DNA of 48,093 bases from a virus (taxonomy: Duplodnaviria > Caudoviricetes), in IMG/VR virus record IMGVR_UViG_3300035562_000124, positions 1 to 48,093 of that record, one strand, 5' to 3'. Position 1 is the stretch's first letter; each line of letters opens with the position of its first letter. Below the pieces are notes generated by a model that did not search any database, was not told the origin of the DNA, and worked only from the letters and a program-made list of their open reading frames with translations. The position numbers were made by a program, and so were the translations under genes. Shown here one piece after another: positions 1 to 9,018 of the stretch.

Positions 1-732
1 AAAGTGATCAAATTCCTGCGCGACGAAATGGGCGTGAAGAAAATCCGCTTCCCAGAGCAATGCGGTATCGGTGTGAAACCATGCTCTGAAGAAGGGACCA
101 AACGTCTGGTTCGTGCAGCGATCGAATACGCTATCACCAACGACCGTGACTCTGTGACTCTGGTTCACAAAGGCAACATCATGAAGTTCACCGAAGGTGC
201 CTTCAAGGATTGGGGCTACGAACTGGCGCGTGAAGAGTTCGGCGGTGAGCTGATCGACGGCGGCCCATGGCTGAAAATCAAGAACCCGAACACCGGTAAA
301 GAGATCGTGGTTAAAGACGTGATCGCCGATGCCTTCCTGCAGCAAATCCTGCTGCGTCCGGCTGAATACGACGTGATCGCCTGTATGAACCTGAACGGTG
401 ACTACATCTCCGACGCCCTGGCTGCACAGGTTGGCGGTATCGGTATCGCACCTGGTGCCAACATCGGTTCCGATTGCGCACTGTTCGAAGCGACCCACGG
501 CACGGCACCTAAGTATGCCGGTCAGGATAAAGTGAACCCAGGTTCCATCATCCTGTCTGCAGAAATGATGCTGCGTCACATGGGCTGGTTCGAAGCGGCT
601 GACCTGATTGTTAAGGGCATGGAAGGCGCCATCGCTGCCAAGACCGTGACCTATGACTTTGAACGCCTGATGGAAGGCGCTAAGCTGCTGAAATGTTCAG
701 AGTTTGGCGACGCTATCGTTAAACATATGTAA
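1..732 (+). CDS. icd: NADP-dependent isocitrate dehydrogenase, 3' part (starts before window); host gene carrying the prophage attachment site
   Basis: [42 protein letters not shown] and [13 protein letters not shown] are signature IDH segments; codon usage looks like a highly expressed host gene. Confidence 0.98.
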   Translation, partial: KVIKFLRDEMGVKKIRFPEQCGIGVKPCSEEGTKRLVRAAIEYAITNDRDSVTLVHKGNIMKFTEGAFKDWGYELAREEFGGELIDGGPWLKIKNPNTGKEIVVKDVIADAFLQQILLRPAEYDVIACMNLNGDYISDALAAQVGGIGIAPGANIGSDCALFEATHGTAPKYAGQDKVNPGSIILSAEMMLRHMGWFEAADLIVKGMEGAIAAKTVTYDFERLMEGAKLLKCSEFGDAIVKHM

Positions 733-756
733 GTTACTCCATTGTAGCTAATGTTA

Positions 757-785
757 ACGGGGGCGAGATGCCCCCGTATTTTTTC
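757..785 (+). terminator. Intrinsic terminator after icd
   Basis: ACGGGGGC-GAGAT-GCCCCCGT hairpin followed by ATTTTTT. Confidence 0.75.
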
Positions 786-793
786 CCACCTAA

Positions 794-835
794 AAAATTC
801 TTCTGCAAAACCCCTGCAAAATTCTTCTGCAAAAC
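794..835. repeat. Three tandem CTGCAAAA repeats, probable integrase arm-type binding sites
   Basis: CTGCAAAA at 803, 814, 827; AAAATTCTTCTGCAAAAC duplicated at 794 and 818; lies between icd and the int stop codon. Confidence 0.6.
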
Positions 836-856
836 GGTATATAAAACGACCTACTT

Positions 857-1984
857 TCATGTCCCGACAACCCTCCATTCTTTTCCCCGGTCATCGTTAT
901 AGCGGTCAGTTTGCCGTTGGCTTTTATGCCCAAGTAAATCCCGAGTATTGATTTTTTGCTCCCGGTACAAGCGTTCTGCTAGGGATCGTATTTCGTGAAA
1001 AGTCGGGGGCGAACCTTTGCTCCAAGCCAATCCCGACAGTTCACGAATTTTTTTAAAGCTGGTACTGATCGTATTGGGCTTAACCATGCCTCCACGCCTG
1101 GCCATTGCCGTATTGTGGGTGTAGTGGACGAGGTAAGGGCTGACGATATGATCGCGACACTGAGCGATTACCTGCTCCAGAGTCATGCCAATGGCATCAC
1201 AGCGAAGGGAAAGCGGTATTGCGACCTTAGCCCCGGTCTTAATCTGCTCAACGTGTAGATGACCGTCCCAGACGTCTGAAAATTGCATTTTGCTGATGTC
1301 TCCCTGTCGTTGGGCTGTAACGAGGCCCAGCAACATTGCATTTTTCATATACCCTAACGGCGGTGGCGTTACGTTAAGCATGGTATTGAATTCATCTAAA
1401 ATCATACGTTCACGACCTATACGGTTATGTGGTTTTTTCGTCGCCTCGGCAGGGTTATAACCTGGAGGGACTTCACCGGCATGTTGCGCTTCTTTGAATA
1501 CATCGATCAGTGTTGTCCTGACCACCTGGGCCATTCTGGAGTGGCCCTGTTTTTTGTAATCATCCAGAATGTCCACAATATCGCGGGTATCTACATCGCG
1601 GATTGGTTTAGATGCCAATGCAATTCGCATGGCTTTAACTGGGGCGATTTTTTGTTTAACGGTATTCTCAGTAATTTCTTTTGCTGTTTTCCGCTCCTCC
1701 TGGATCAGTAGATAACGATCAAGCCACGTTGAAACGCTGATACTTCCGCCGACCGCTCGGCTCAGCTTGTCCCGAACGGCAAGAGTATTGCGCAGTTGCT
1801 GTTCTGATAATCTGTTATTAGCTTCGATTGCTATCGCTTTTGCTTCTTCGGCATTAGTCCCTAAACCATGGACTGCCCCGGTGAGAGGGTGTTTATATTT
1901 CCAATATATGCGCTGCGTTCGTTTGTCAGTACTGCAATAAAGACCTGGAATATTCAACGCAAATTTACGTGGCCTGCCCATCAT
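857..1984 (-). CDS. int: Lambda-type tyrosine recombinase (integrase)
   Basis: N-terminal arm-binding domain (YWKYKHPLTG), catalytic R (TAQRQGDI), FHEIRSL (HxxR), LLGH and Y (TDRYNDDR). Confidence 0.97.
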   Translation of the reverse strand: MMGRPRKFALNIPGLYCSTDKRTQRIYWKYKHPLTGAVHGLGTNAEEAKAIAIEANNRLSEQQLRNTLAVRDKLSRAVGGSISVSTWLDRYLLIQEERKTAKEITENTVKQKIAPVKAMRIALASKPIRDVDTRDIVDILDDYKKQGHSRMAQVVRTTLIDVFKEAQHAGEVPPGYNPAEATKKPHNRIGRERMILDEFNTMLNVTPPPLGYMKNAMLLGLVTAQRQGDISKMQFSDVWDGHLHVEQIKTGAKVAIPLSLRCDAIGMTLEQVIAQCRDHIVSPYLVHYTHNTAMARRGGMVKPNTISTSFKKIRELSGLAWSKGSPPTFHEIRSLAERLYREQKINTRDLLGHKSQRQTDRYNDDRGKEWRVVGT

Positions 1985-2210
1985 TTAAAATCCTCAGCAA
2001 GCGGGGATCATCGCTTTTCTTTATCACTGGTTTACATGAAAGCCCGATATATCTGGCTCCCTTATCCACCCGCCAATAACGGCCAGCTTTCTTTGCTGGC
2101 GGATCAATCATGTTGTTTTTTGCATAAGAAAGAATGGTTGTATAACTTGGGCAATCATTTTCACCGAACTCCTCTATCGCCCAGTCTCGTAATAATTGAG
2201 TTCGTGCCAT
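1965..2210 (-). CDS. xis: Excisionase
   Basis: Small basic protein overlapping the int start; IDPPAKKAGRYWRV resembles the lambda Xis winged helix. Confidence 0.85.
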   Translation of the reverse strand: MARTQLLRDWAIEEFGENDCPSYTTILSYAKNNMIDPPAKKAGRYWRVDKGARYIGLSCKPVIKKSDDPRLLRILNDGQAT

Positions 2211-2286
2211 TGGTCATACCTCAAACGATACGACCGACCAGCAGGTTAACGTGCCGGTCGGTATGGTTTTGATTTTTGAAAATCAG

Positions 2287-2790
2287 TTAGCGGACTTGCA
2301 GAGAGCGGGGGCCGGTTTCAAGATGTGCACCTGTGATTTCAGTGCCAGCCAGGATCGCTTTTTTCAGTTCGTCTTTTTTCACTTTGCTAACCACTTCGGT
2401 ATATGATTCAACGTACTCGTCCGGCAGCAGTTCTTCGTCATCGACAACCAATGATTGAGAACCTTTACGTGCGGTGAATGTGTTCATGTCTGTTTTAATG
2501 GTGTCAGAACCTGACGTGAGCAGGCATTCCAAGATGTATTTTTTAAGTAGGCCAGCCTGATTCTCCCAGCTCTTTTTACGGGCTGCGAGGCGTTTGGATT
2601 CGGCATCACAAACATTTGCCTGTCCCTCAAAACCGCGCACTACGGCTATTGTTGCGTCCAGTTTGTCACCGATCATTCCCTCAAGCCCTTCGAGGGTGTC
2701 TTTGATCATTTCTGGGGTAAGCTCGCCATCTTCAGCCAATGCCTGTAATTTTTTCATCTCAAAGGCTAAATCTATAGTTCTGGTGCTCAT
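2287..2790 (-). CDS. Siphovirus Gp157 family protein
   Basis: Coiled coil (DTLEGLEG...ESKRLAARKKS) and C-terminal KKDELKKAILAGTEITGAHL pattern; next to an annealase. Confidence 0.85.
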   Translation of the reverse strand: MSTRTIDLAFEMKKLQALAEDGELTPEMIKDTLEGLEGMIGDKLDATIAVVRGFEGQANVCDAESKRLAARKKSWENQAGLLKKYILECLLTSGSDTIKTDMNTFTARKGSQSLVVDDEELLPDEYVESYTEVVSKVKKDELKKAILAGTEITGAHLETGPRSLQVR

Positions 2791-4859
2791 GATTCTTTCT
2801 CCTCTTCAAATTTAGCCAGGCATTCAACTTTAATTTCTTCCAATCGCGTTAGACGACTTTCAAGATATTTAACATGCCCGGTATCGCCAACGGCTTTGGC
2901 ACTCTTAATATGAGATCCGATAACACGTGTCAGGGAAGAACTTATTTTGGTTACCTCATTTCTGGTGACAGCGCTGCGCATTGTTTCAGTATTAGCTTTG
3001 AATCTTTCATCCAACTCTTTACGGAGACGAACAGAGTCTTCCGCTTTATCACTGGCATTTTTAATACTGTGTTCATAGGCGTTCTCTTGTGAATATTCGG
3101 TATCATCGAACATCCCCAAATAAACGTCAGCGCTAAAGCCGAGTGATGAAAGTGCTTTGGTTGTGGCATCAGTGAGACTTTTTTTACTTGGCTCATCGTC
3201 AACACTCAGGCCGAACTTGCTGGCATAGCGATACTTGGTATGGCCATAAGCGATGATTTCACCACGAACCCCACCATGGATGTACCAAAGCATGATTTTC
3301 ATCGTGTGGTTGAGCGACGTCAGGATCGTGCCGTCGCCATCACGCATGACCCTCTTACCTGTTTCACGGCCAGCACTATCAACAATGGACTCCATGAGCG
3401 GAATACCGGGATCAAACCTTTCATCAAGCACATCAACACCCCAGCCAATACCGAACGGGCCAAAGATCTCTGTAGCTCGCATGTATTGGTAAGTAGGTCG
3501 AATACTGGTGATAGTACGAGTGATATTACCTTTGCCATCAAGCGTGTCTTTTCGCTTGGTTCGGGCTGGATCTGTCCGTTGGACTCGTTTCCAAATGTCG
3601 AGATTTTTAGCGGCCTCACCTTCTTTTTCAGCAAGTTCTTTTTCCAAGGCTGCGGCTCGGGTTTCAAAATCGTCCGCTGGTTCGGCTTTTGGTTGTTCTG
3701 TTGCAGTAACTGCTGGTTTTGTCTCGCTTTCGAGTATTTTTGTTGGTGCATTTGGTTCTTGAGTCGCGCCCATCAGTCCATCTATGCTGAACTTACCACC
3801 ACCCAGATTGTGCACTTCCGTTTTTTCACCATCATTTGAGGCGGTTGGTTGCGTTGTTTCTGCTGTTTGGCTTCCCTCGGTATTTACTGGTTGGTTTGCG
3901 TTGTCAAACGTCATCCCACAGTGTTTAGTTAGGCATTCTTGAATAAACTTTGTCCGCAACTCAGTCCTAGTTGCGAAATCTGGATGTGCTAAACCAGCGC
4001 TGAGAATGTCATAAATAAGTTCCCGATCAACATCCAGAATGCCTACGATGATCCGTAGCGACATACTCCATGCGCGCCAAACAGGATTACGCTGTTCTAT
4101 CAGCTCCTTTGCTGACTTAACATCAGCTGCTTTGGCATTTATTGGGTTAACGCCGATGATAGCCAGGGCAACTTCATTATCGAGCATGCTGTATGTTCGG
4201 GTGATGTTACTCTCTGTCGATTGTGGCCGGTCGTTATTTGCTGTGTGCACCCAGGAATCGGCAAATTTTTTCACTTCTGGCCACGAGGTCATGGCTGGCG
4301 ACTTCGCCTGGATTGCTTCGATCAGCTTTTCAACTGAGGTAACAAGCATTGATTTAATTTGAGGGACGCGGGGCAGAGCGTCGACAATAGCACGTAGGCG
4401 TGGTTCCGCTTCGTCATCATTGATCAGGTCATACGCGTTGGATAAATGCTCCTGATCGACTGTCTCCGGCTCTGCTCCGTACATAAGAATATAAGCGACA
4501 CGAACATCGACAGGCAGTTCGAATATCGTTTTTGAAGTAGTGAAAATTTCTTCTTCCTCTTCCTCATCATCAGGTAAAACGATGGGTTCGAACTCCTTAG
4601 TTTCATCATTCCATTGATTGAATGTCATCCAATCTGCATCAAATGTGTCAACTGGAGGGCGTGATAGCCCTTCGCGATCAGCACAAATTTTTGGTTTGAA
4701 AAAATTATTAGTTGAGTCTGGAAATGCTTCTTCCAATAACATTGTCGCTTTCATCTCTGCTAGTTTGGCGTTTTTTGCTTCGACAGAAATAGCTAAAGCA
4801 ACGGCCCCATTAGCAGCCGCTGATTTCTTTGGGGGGAACCCACAGGTAAATAAAGGCAT
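2787..4859 (-). CDS. RecE(ExoVIII)-like N-terminal region fused to a Rad52/Sak-like single-strand annealing domain
   Basis: N-terminus and EVHNLGGGKFSIDGLM resemble RecE non-catalytic region; C-terminal ATEIFGPFGIGWG...KKSLTDATTKALSSLGFSADVY is Rad52/Sak-like. Confidence 0.7.
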   Translation of the reverse strand: MPLFTCGFPPKKSAAANGAVALAISVEAKNAKLAEMKATMLLEEAFPDSTNNFFKPKICADREGLSRPPVDTFDADWMTFNQWNDETKEFEPIVLPDDEEEEEEIFTTSKTIFELPVDVRVAYILMYGAEPETVDQEHLSNAYDLINDDEAEPRLRAIVDALPRVPQIKSMLVTSVEKLIEAIQAKSPAMTSWPEVKKFADSWVHTANNDRPQSTESNITRTYSMLDNEVALAIIGVNPINAKAADVKSAKELIEQRNPVWRAWSMSLRIIVGILDVDRELIYDILSAGLAHPDFATRTELRTKFIQECLTKHCGMTFDNANQPVNTEGSQTAETTQPTASNDGEKTEVHNLGGGKFSIDGLMGATQEPNAPTKILESETKPAVTATEQPKAEPADDFETRAAALEKELAEKEGEAAKNLDIWKRVQRTDPARTKRKDTLDGKGNITRTITSIRPTYQYMRATEIFGPFGIGWGVDVLDERFDPGIPLMESIVDSAGRETGKRVMRDGDGTILTSLNHTMKIMLWYIHGGVRGEIIAYGHTKYRYASKFGLSVDDEPSKKSLTDATTKALSSLGFSADVYLGMFDDTEYSQENAYEHSIKNASDKAEDSVRLRKELDERFKANTETMRSAVTRNEVTKISSSLTRVIGSHIKSAKAVGDTGHVKYLESRLTRLEEIKVECLAKFEEEKES

Positions 4860-4873
4860 TGGTCATTCCTCGC

Positions 4874-5194
4874 TTACAATTCTTTTGAAATGGATTTATG
4901 AGTGGTTACTAATTCATTGAGTACTGCATTGGGTAGAACATGACGCAATGAAATCGCATCACAATTCCTTACTTGCTCAACAACCAATGAAAGCAAATCC
5001 TCGGTGGTGATAAACCCAACCTCCACCAAATCTTTTATGGTAGAAATAACCGCATTATTGGATGTTGTGATTATCGCCTGCATCGGATGGTTGCTTTCCG
5101 AACTAACAATGTTCACTGAGCAGGCTGAAACGCTAAAAGTTGTCTTTCTCATCTGAATCTCGCTATAATCGCGGCGTCCAGTGGTGGAAGCCAT
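4874..5194 (-). CDS. Hypothetical early protein
   Basis: ORF in the leftward operon with GAGG-TATGACCA-ATG start. Confidence 0.7.
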   Translation of the reverse strand: MASTTGRRDYSEIQMRKTTFSVSACSVNIVSSESNHPMQAIITTSNNAVISTIKDLVEVGFITTEDLLSLVVEQVRNCDAISLRHVLPNAVLNELVTTHKSISKEL

Positions 5195-5262
5195 TGGTCA
5201 TACCTCGCAGGAGTCGGTTTGGTCGCTGACTCCGCCGTCACCGGGACGTTAAGCCGGTAGAC

Positions 5263-5287
5263 TGGCCCGCCTTGTGCGGGCCTTTTT
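5263..5287. terminator. GC-rich hairpin, probable terminator
   Basis: GGCCCGC-CTTGT-GCGGGCC followed by TTTTT on + strand. Confidence 0.5.
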
Positions 5288-5292
5288 ACGTT

Positions 5293-5730
5293 CTAATCAC
5301 AGTAACTACGGTTACAGTGGGGGCAACCAGTAACCAGCTGAGAACCGGCTCGTCGAACTGAAATACCAGTGACCGAAAAACCATTATCCTGGCGTGCGTA
5401 AATATCCTTTTTGCAGCGAAAACAAATACCATCCAATGGGGCAAAATGGGGGGCGTGATTTTCATCGCAATATTTCTTTTGAGCTAACCGAGCTGACTCA
5501 GGATCAAATGCATTTTCAGTATTCAGAAATTCAATGCCTGCTGGCGTTGCGATGGCTCCGAAAAATGGAACTTGGTCGCTACCATCGCCTTCATATGCCA
5601 TTGGTTTGCAAATGTCGATATATTCTGGGTGAAGCTTCTGTATTTCACGTAATTGCATAGCGATGTGACGAGCATAAATATCAGCTCCTCCACGTACACC
5701 ATCTAATGCATCAATAAGTCGCTGTTCCAT
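5293..5730 (-). CDS. Hypothetical protein with Cys-rich putative Zn-binding C-terminus
   Basis: AGGAG RBS; CFRC and CPHCNRSYCD motifs. Confidence 0.75.
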   Translation of the reverse strand: MEQRLIDALDGVRGGADIYARHIAMQLREIQKLHPEYIDICKPMAYEGDGSDQVPFFGAIATPAGIEFLNTENAFDPESARLAQKKYCDENHAPHFAPLDGICFRCKKDIYARQDNGFSVTGISVRRAGSQLVTGCPHCNRSYCD

Positions 5731-5854
5731 ATTCTTCTCCTTTTGTTATTAAAATGCGCCCTGCGAGTTGACGCCCCGGATGGGAAACGCTGGACGCATT
5801 TCAATAATTTCAAAAAGCCCCGCCAGCGACGGCGGGGAAAATTACACACAGCAA

Positions 5855-6172
5855 TTAGTGGGTATTTTGAGTTTTTGACTGTTCGAATAATGACATCAGT
5901 AAAGCTGCTAACAACATTTTTCTTGGGTCTTTACCAGCGATCATGCGGCCATGTGTAATGTTATGGGCTTTGCTGTAAATAGCTTTTATTGCACAGTCTG
6001 GACAATCAAATTCACCAATATGCAAACCTGCAGGAGAAACTGCGCCAATAGGAAGGTCATCATTTTTAGATTTAGCCAGATAACCGATGATTTGGTCGTT
6101 TTCTGATACTGCGTGAACTTCGTCATGAAGTTCGTCAATAACTAAAGTGGCGTTGGTTACTTTCATGGTCAT
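5855..6172 (-). CDS. Hypothetical early protein (start 6166 or 6172)
   Basis: GAGGTATGACCATG start; CPDC motif. Confidence 0.7.
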   Translation of the reverse strand: MTMKVTNATLVIDELHDEVHAVSENDQIIGYLAKSKNDDLPIGAVSPAGLHIGEFDCPDCAIKAIYSKAHNITHGRMIAGKDPRKMLLAALLMSLFEQSKTQNTH

Positions 6173-6178
6173 ACCTCA

Positions 6179-6352
6179 TTATTTTTGGTGAATTATGGCT
6201 TCCACTTCATAGCAGTTGCCGTTAAAAATTCTATTTTCGAATATTACGTTTTCACACTCACGCTTGGACTCGTAAACGTCATAAACAACGTCCTTACATA
6301 TTTCATGCGCAGGGCATACCGTAACAACTAATGCGAATAATAGTTGCTGCAT
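6179..6352 (-). CDS. DUF1482 (YdfD/YebW-like) small protein, 57 aa, not in ORF track
   Basis: Own translation: MQQLLFALVVTVCPAHEICKDVVYDVYESKRECENVIFENRIFNGNCYEVEAIIHQK; FALVxTV...Y...EC...GNCY pattern; AAGGAAG RBS. Confidence 0.8.
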   Translation of the reverse strand: MQQLLFALVVTVCPAHEICKDVVYDVYESKRECENVIFENRIFNGNCYEVEAIIHQK

Positions 6353-6374
6353 ATACTTCCTTTGAATGCGTTAT

Positions 6375-6608
6375 TTAGTGGGTGCCTGCCGGTTCAAATC
6401 CGTTCGGAATACTGCGGGTATCAAAGGCAGATTTAATTGCCCGTAAATTTCCGGTTGGCTCAAAGCGATAAACTTGAAGGTGAATATCATAATGAGCTAC
6501 CCATGCTGACCCAGTGCGCTTATTTCGATATCTAACTTGTTTCCCACTATGTGGGATTGTGTTGCTGATCATTATGTTGTCCTCTGCCGTGTGGTCACCA
6601 TTGGTCAT
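6375..6608 (-). CDS. Hypothetical first protein of the pL operon (start more likely 6572, MISNTIP)
   Basis: GAGG RBS before ATG at 6572; position usually held by kil-like genes, but no family recognised. Confidence 0.65.
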   Translation of the reverse strand: MTNGDHTAEDNIMISNTIPHSGKQVRYRNKRTGSAWVAHYDIHLQVYRFEPTGNLRAIKSAFDTRSIPNGFEPAGTH

Positions 6609-6768
6609 ACCTCGCCGTCTTTCCGGCTGTCAGAACGTTCTACCCAAATCAGCCTGCTGTACCGTGTTACTTGCGATTCATCCCGGTTTTCATGCGCTCC
6701 GGGCAACTACTTCGTGGGCTTTCCTTGCCTTATCGCCGTGGTTGCGTGCTGTTGATGGGATTAAATTA

Positions 6769-6815
6769 CAAGAAACAATTGTTATATTCAAGTGGTGATT
6801 TTAAATATTTACTTG
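6769..6815. promoter_or_regulatory. Putative left operator region OL/pL
   Basis: Imperfect CAAG-N5-CTTG sites at 6769, 6789, 6803 matching those between cI and cro. Confidence 0.55.
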
Positions 6816-6834
6816 ATTTTATGGGCGCGGACAT

Positions 6835-6863
6835 AAAAAAACCGACAGTAAAGTCGGCTTTTC
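6835..6863 (-). terminator. Terminator downstream of cI
   Basis: CCGAC-AGTAAA-GTCGG hairpin with A-tract on the left (U-tract on - strand) and T-tract on the right. Confidence 0.65.
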
Positions 6864-6877
6864 AATGAGTTATGGTT

Positions 6878-7288
6878 TTATTGAGGATTCATATTTTTGA
6901 GGTTAACGAGTTCTTCTCTGAGTTTGTCGAAGTATTTAACCTTTTCTTCGAAGAGCTTAATCATATGATTTCTTTCATCTTCAGGTAACTGATCAAACAA
7001 CGTCAAAAGCCTTTCTTGTTGATAGTTAAGTGTTTTGTTGTTTTTTTCAATTAACGGGTTCTCACCGCCATCGCCTGGCGCCATAAAGAACCAGTGTTCG
7101 GGTAGGCCAGTTACCATAGATAGCTTCGTTAAGCTTTTACCTCTAGGCGCACTCGTTCCCTTCACCCATTGCTGTACTGCCTGCGGTGACACACCAACAC
7201 GTTTTGCAAGTTCGGTCTGGCTCCAGTCGTTAGCAGCTAACAACTGGTTAATTCGATGTGATGAATATTCTTTCGATGTGTCTTTCAT
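6878..7288 (-). CDS. CI-like repressor (XRE HTH), short form without S24 autocleavage domain; start uncertain (7288 preferred over 7324)
   Basis: WSQTELAKRVGVSPQAVQQWVKGTSAPRG HTH; divergent from cro. Confidence 0.9.
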   Translation of the reverse strand: MKDTSKEYSSHRINQLLAANDWSQTELAKRVGVSPQAVQQWVKGTSAPRGKSLTKLSMVTGLPEHWFFMAPGDGGENPLIEKNNKTLNYQQERLLTLFDQLPEDERNHMIKLFEEKVKYFDKLREELVNLKNMNPQ

Positions 7289-7301
7289 GCTGAGCATCTT
7301 A

Positions 7302-7359
7302 CAAAGTTTCCTTGAAATTCTCATTGCAAGATTTACTTGTTTTAATCATTATTTTCTTG
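7302..7359. promoter_or_regulatory. Putative right operator OR (three sites) with pR/pRM
   Basis: CAAA-GTTTC-CTTG (7302), CAAG-ATTTA-CTTG (7327), CATT-ATTTT-CTTG (7347). Confidence 0.6.
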
Positions 7360-7391
7360 TAATGTCCCAATTGTTGAATCAAGGAGTGGCT

Positions 7392-7637
7392 ATGGACACA
7401 ACTGTTAAGAAGAAAATTACTGGTATTGCTAACCAAACCGAAATTGCAAAGCGAATGGGGTATACACCGCAAACCGTAAGCCTTTGGTTTAAGAACGATG
7501 TCCCATTGAAAAATATTCGCCGACTTTGCGACGTGCTCAATTGGAGAGTCACCCCACACGAAATTAACCCTCTTATTTACCCGAATCCAACTGACGGATT
7601 GCCGGACAAATCAGAGCATAACTCCCAGGGAACCTAG
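7392..7637 (+). CDS. Cro-like / YdaS family regulator
   Basis: AAGGAG RBS; NQTEIAKRMGYTPQTVSLWF HTH and VTPHEINPLIYPNPTDGLP tail. Confidence 0.9.
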   Translation: MDTTVKKKITGIANQTEIAKRMGYTPQTVSLWFKNDVPLKNIRRLCDVLNWRVTPHEINPLIYPNPTDGLPDKSEHNSQGT

Positions 7638-7647
7638 GAACTGATTT

Positions 7648-8112
7648 ATGGAAATCAAACATGAGCAGGTGCGTAACACATTACGTGCCTGGGCTGCGGA
7701 AATCGGCCAACGCCGTGTAGCTGAACTGGTTACAGCTACATATCACCAACGAAAAATGGTTACCCCTCGGCTCGGCATTATCGAGCGAGCTGATGGAACC
7801 ATCGACTTTGATGCCTGGCATAACAACAAACAGCAACTTTTCCGATGGCTGGATGGTGATTCAGCCAAGGCACAACGAAACATAGCTGAGTTACTGCCAG
7901 CGATCCTTGACGCTATGCCTGCGACATTACGTGCGCAGACAGTGGCAGGGAACAGTATTGAATATCTTGCTACACGGGCGCTTAAGGAACACCAGGACGC
8001 GATTGCGGCTGCATTACTGCATGCACCTCTTGCTGTATTTGATCGTGAGTGTGATGAGGCAGAACGGGAGTTTGCACGATTCAGGCAAGTAGCCAGAACC
8101 CATCTGCATTAA
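7648..8112 (+). CDS. CII-equivalent / YdaT-family regulator
   Basis: MEIKHEQVRNTLRAWA and NKQQLFRWLDGDS...LLPAILDAMP; directly after cro. Confidence 0.8.
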   Translation: MEIKHEQVRNTLRAWAAEIGQRRVAELVTATYHQRKMVTPRLGIIERADGTIDFDAWHNNKQQLFRWLDGDSAKAQRNIAELLPAILDAMPATLRAQTVAGNSIEYLATRALKEHQDAIAAALLHAPLAVFDRECDEAEREFARFRQVARTHLH

Positions 8113-8126
8113 ACGAGGTATGACCA

Positions 8127-8336
8127 ATGGCTAATTATTGTGAAAACTGCGGTACGAAGAAATATAGCAGCGGATTTTGCCCCAATTGTCAGGAGGAATC
8201 CTGCATTTATCACGATCAATACATGAACCCTGATTATCTGGGTAACGGGGAGATGTTAACCCCACCGGATGACGATTCGGAATTTATGCAAAAGGTATAT
8301 GAGCAAAATCAGTCGCGAGGTGTGACCAATGGCTAA
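8127..8336 (+). CDS. Small putative zinc-finger protein
   Basis: CENC...CPNC; GAGGTATGACCAATG start. Confidence 0.7.
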   Translation: MANYCENCGTKKYSSGFCPNCQEESCIYHDQYMNPDYLGNGEMLTPPDDDSEFMQKVYEQNQSRGVTNG

Positions 8337-8559
8337 TTTTACGAAGGAACAAATTGAGGTGCAGATCTGCGATCAATTGGTGCGGGATGGTTTCACATTG
8401 GATGTAGCGCGTTCTGCTGCAATACGCGGTGCTGACCATTACACATCCCGCCCGAATGCAACAATTGCCAGTTGTTTGGCAATTGCAAAAACCTATGCAA
8501 AACCGTTGAAGCGAGTGAAAGGGAAGCCCAGTTGCAACGCAAATTCACGCAGAAAGTAA
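8329..8559 (+). CDS. Hypothetical basic protein
   Basis: GAGGTGTGACCAATG start; overlaps upstream ORF. Confidence 0.7.
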   Translation: MANFTKEQIEVQICDQLVRDGFTLDVARSAAIRGADHYTSRPNATIASCLAIAKTYAKPLKRVKGKPSCNANSRRK

Positions 8560-9018
8560 CGCATCATGCGTTACAGAATTAATACACCGAGGCATCTATG
8601 GCATCCAGTTGGATAAAGATTGAGGTAATTACCCCGGATAAACCCGAGGTGTTCCAGCTTGCCGAAATATTAGACATAGACCCCGATGCTGCGTTGGGCA
8701 AGCTTGTGCGCCTTTGGGCATGGGCTGATCAACAGACTATTGATGGTAACGCAAAGTGTAACGCTGCGAGCGTTACTAAAAACGCAGTGGATCGGATCAC
8801 TTTCATTCGTGGGTTTGCTGATGCGCTTATTCGGGTGGGGTGGTTGGCGGTGGAAGGGGAAACGCTAATATTTCCTAATTTCGAACGTCATAACGGAAAT
8901 TCGTCAAAAAAACGTGCACTTACAAACGATCGCGTTACAAAAATGCGCGAAATGAAACGCAGTAGTAACGCAGGAGGTAACGCTCATGGCGTTACGGGTT
9001 CAGATCAAAATGCGTTAC
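8556..9018. repeat. GTAACGC iterons, putative replication origin
   Basis: GTAACGC-N5-GCGTTAC palindromes at 8556, 8758, 8977; extra half-sites at 8746, 8932, 8965, 9012. Confidence 0.7.

Noticed and set aside
7035-7391. 200-aa version of the cro ORF
   Set aside because: The upstream part is antisense to cI and spans the operators; the RBS-supported start is 7392
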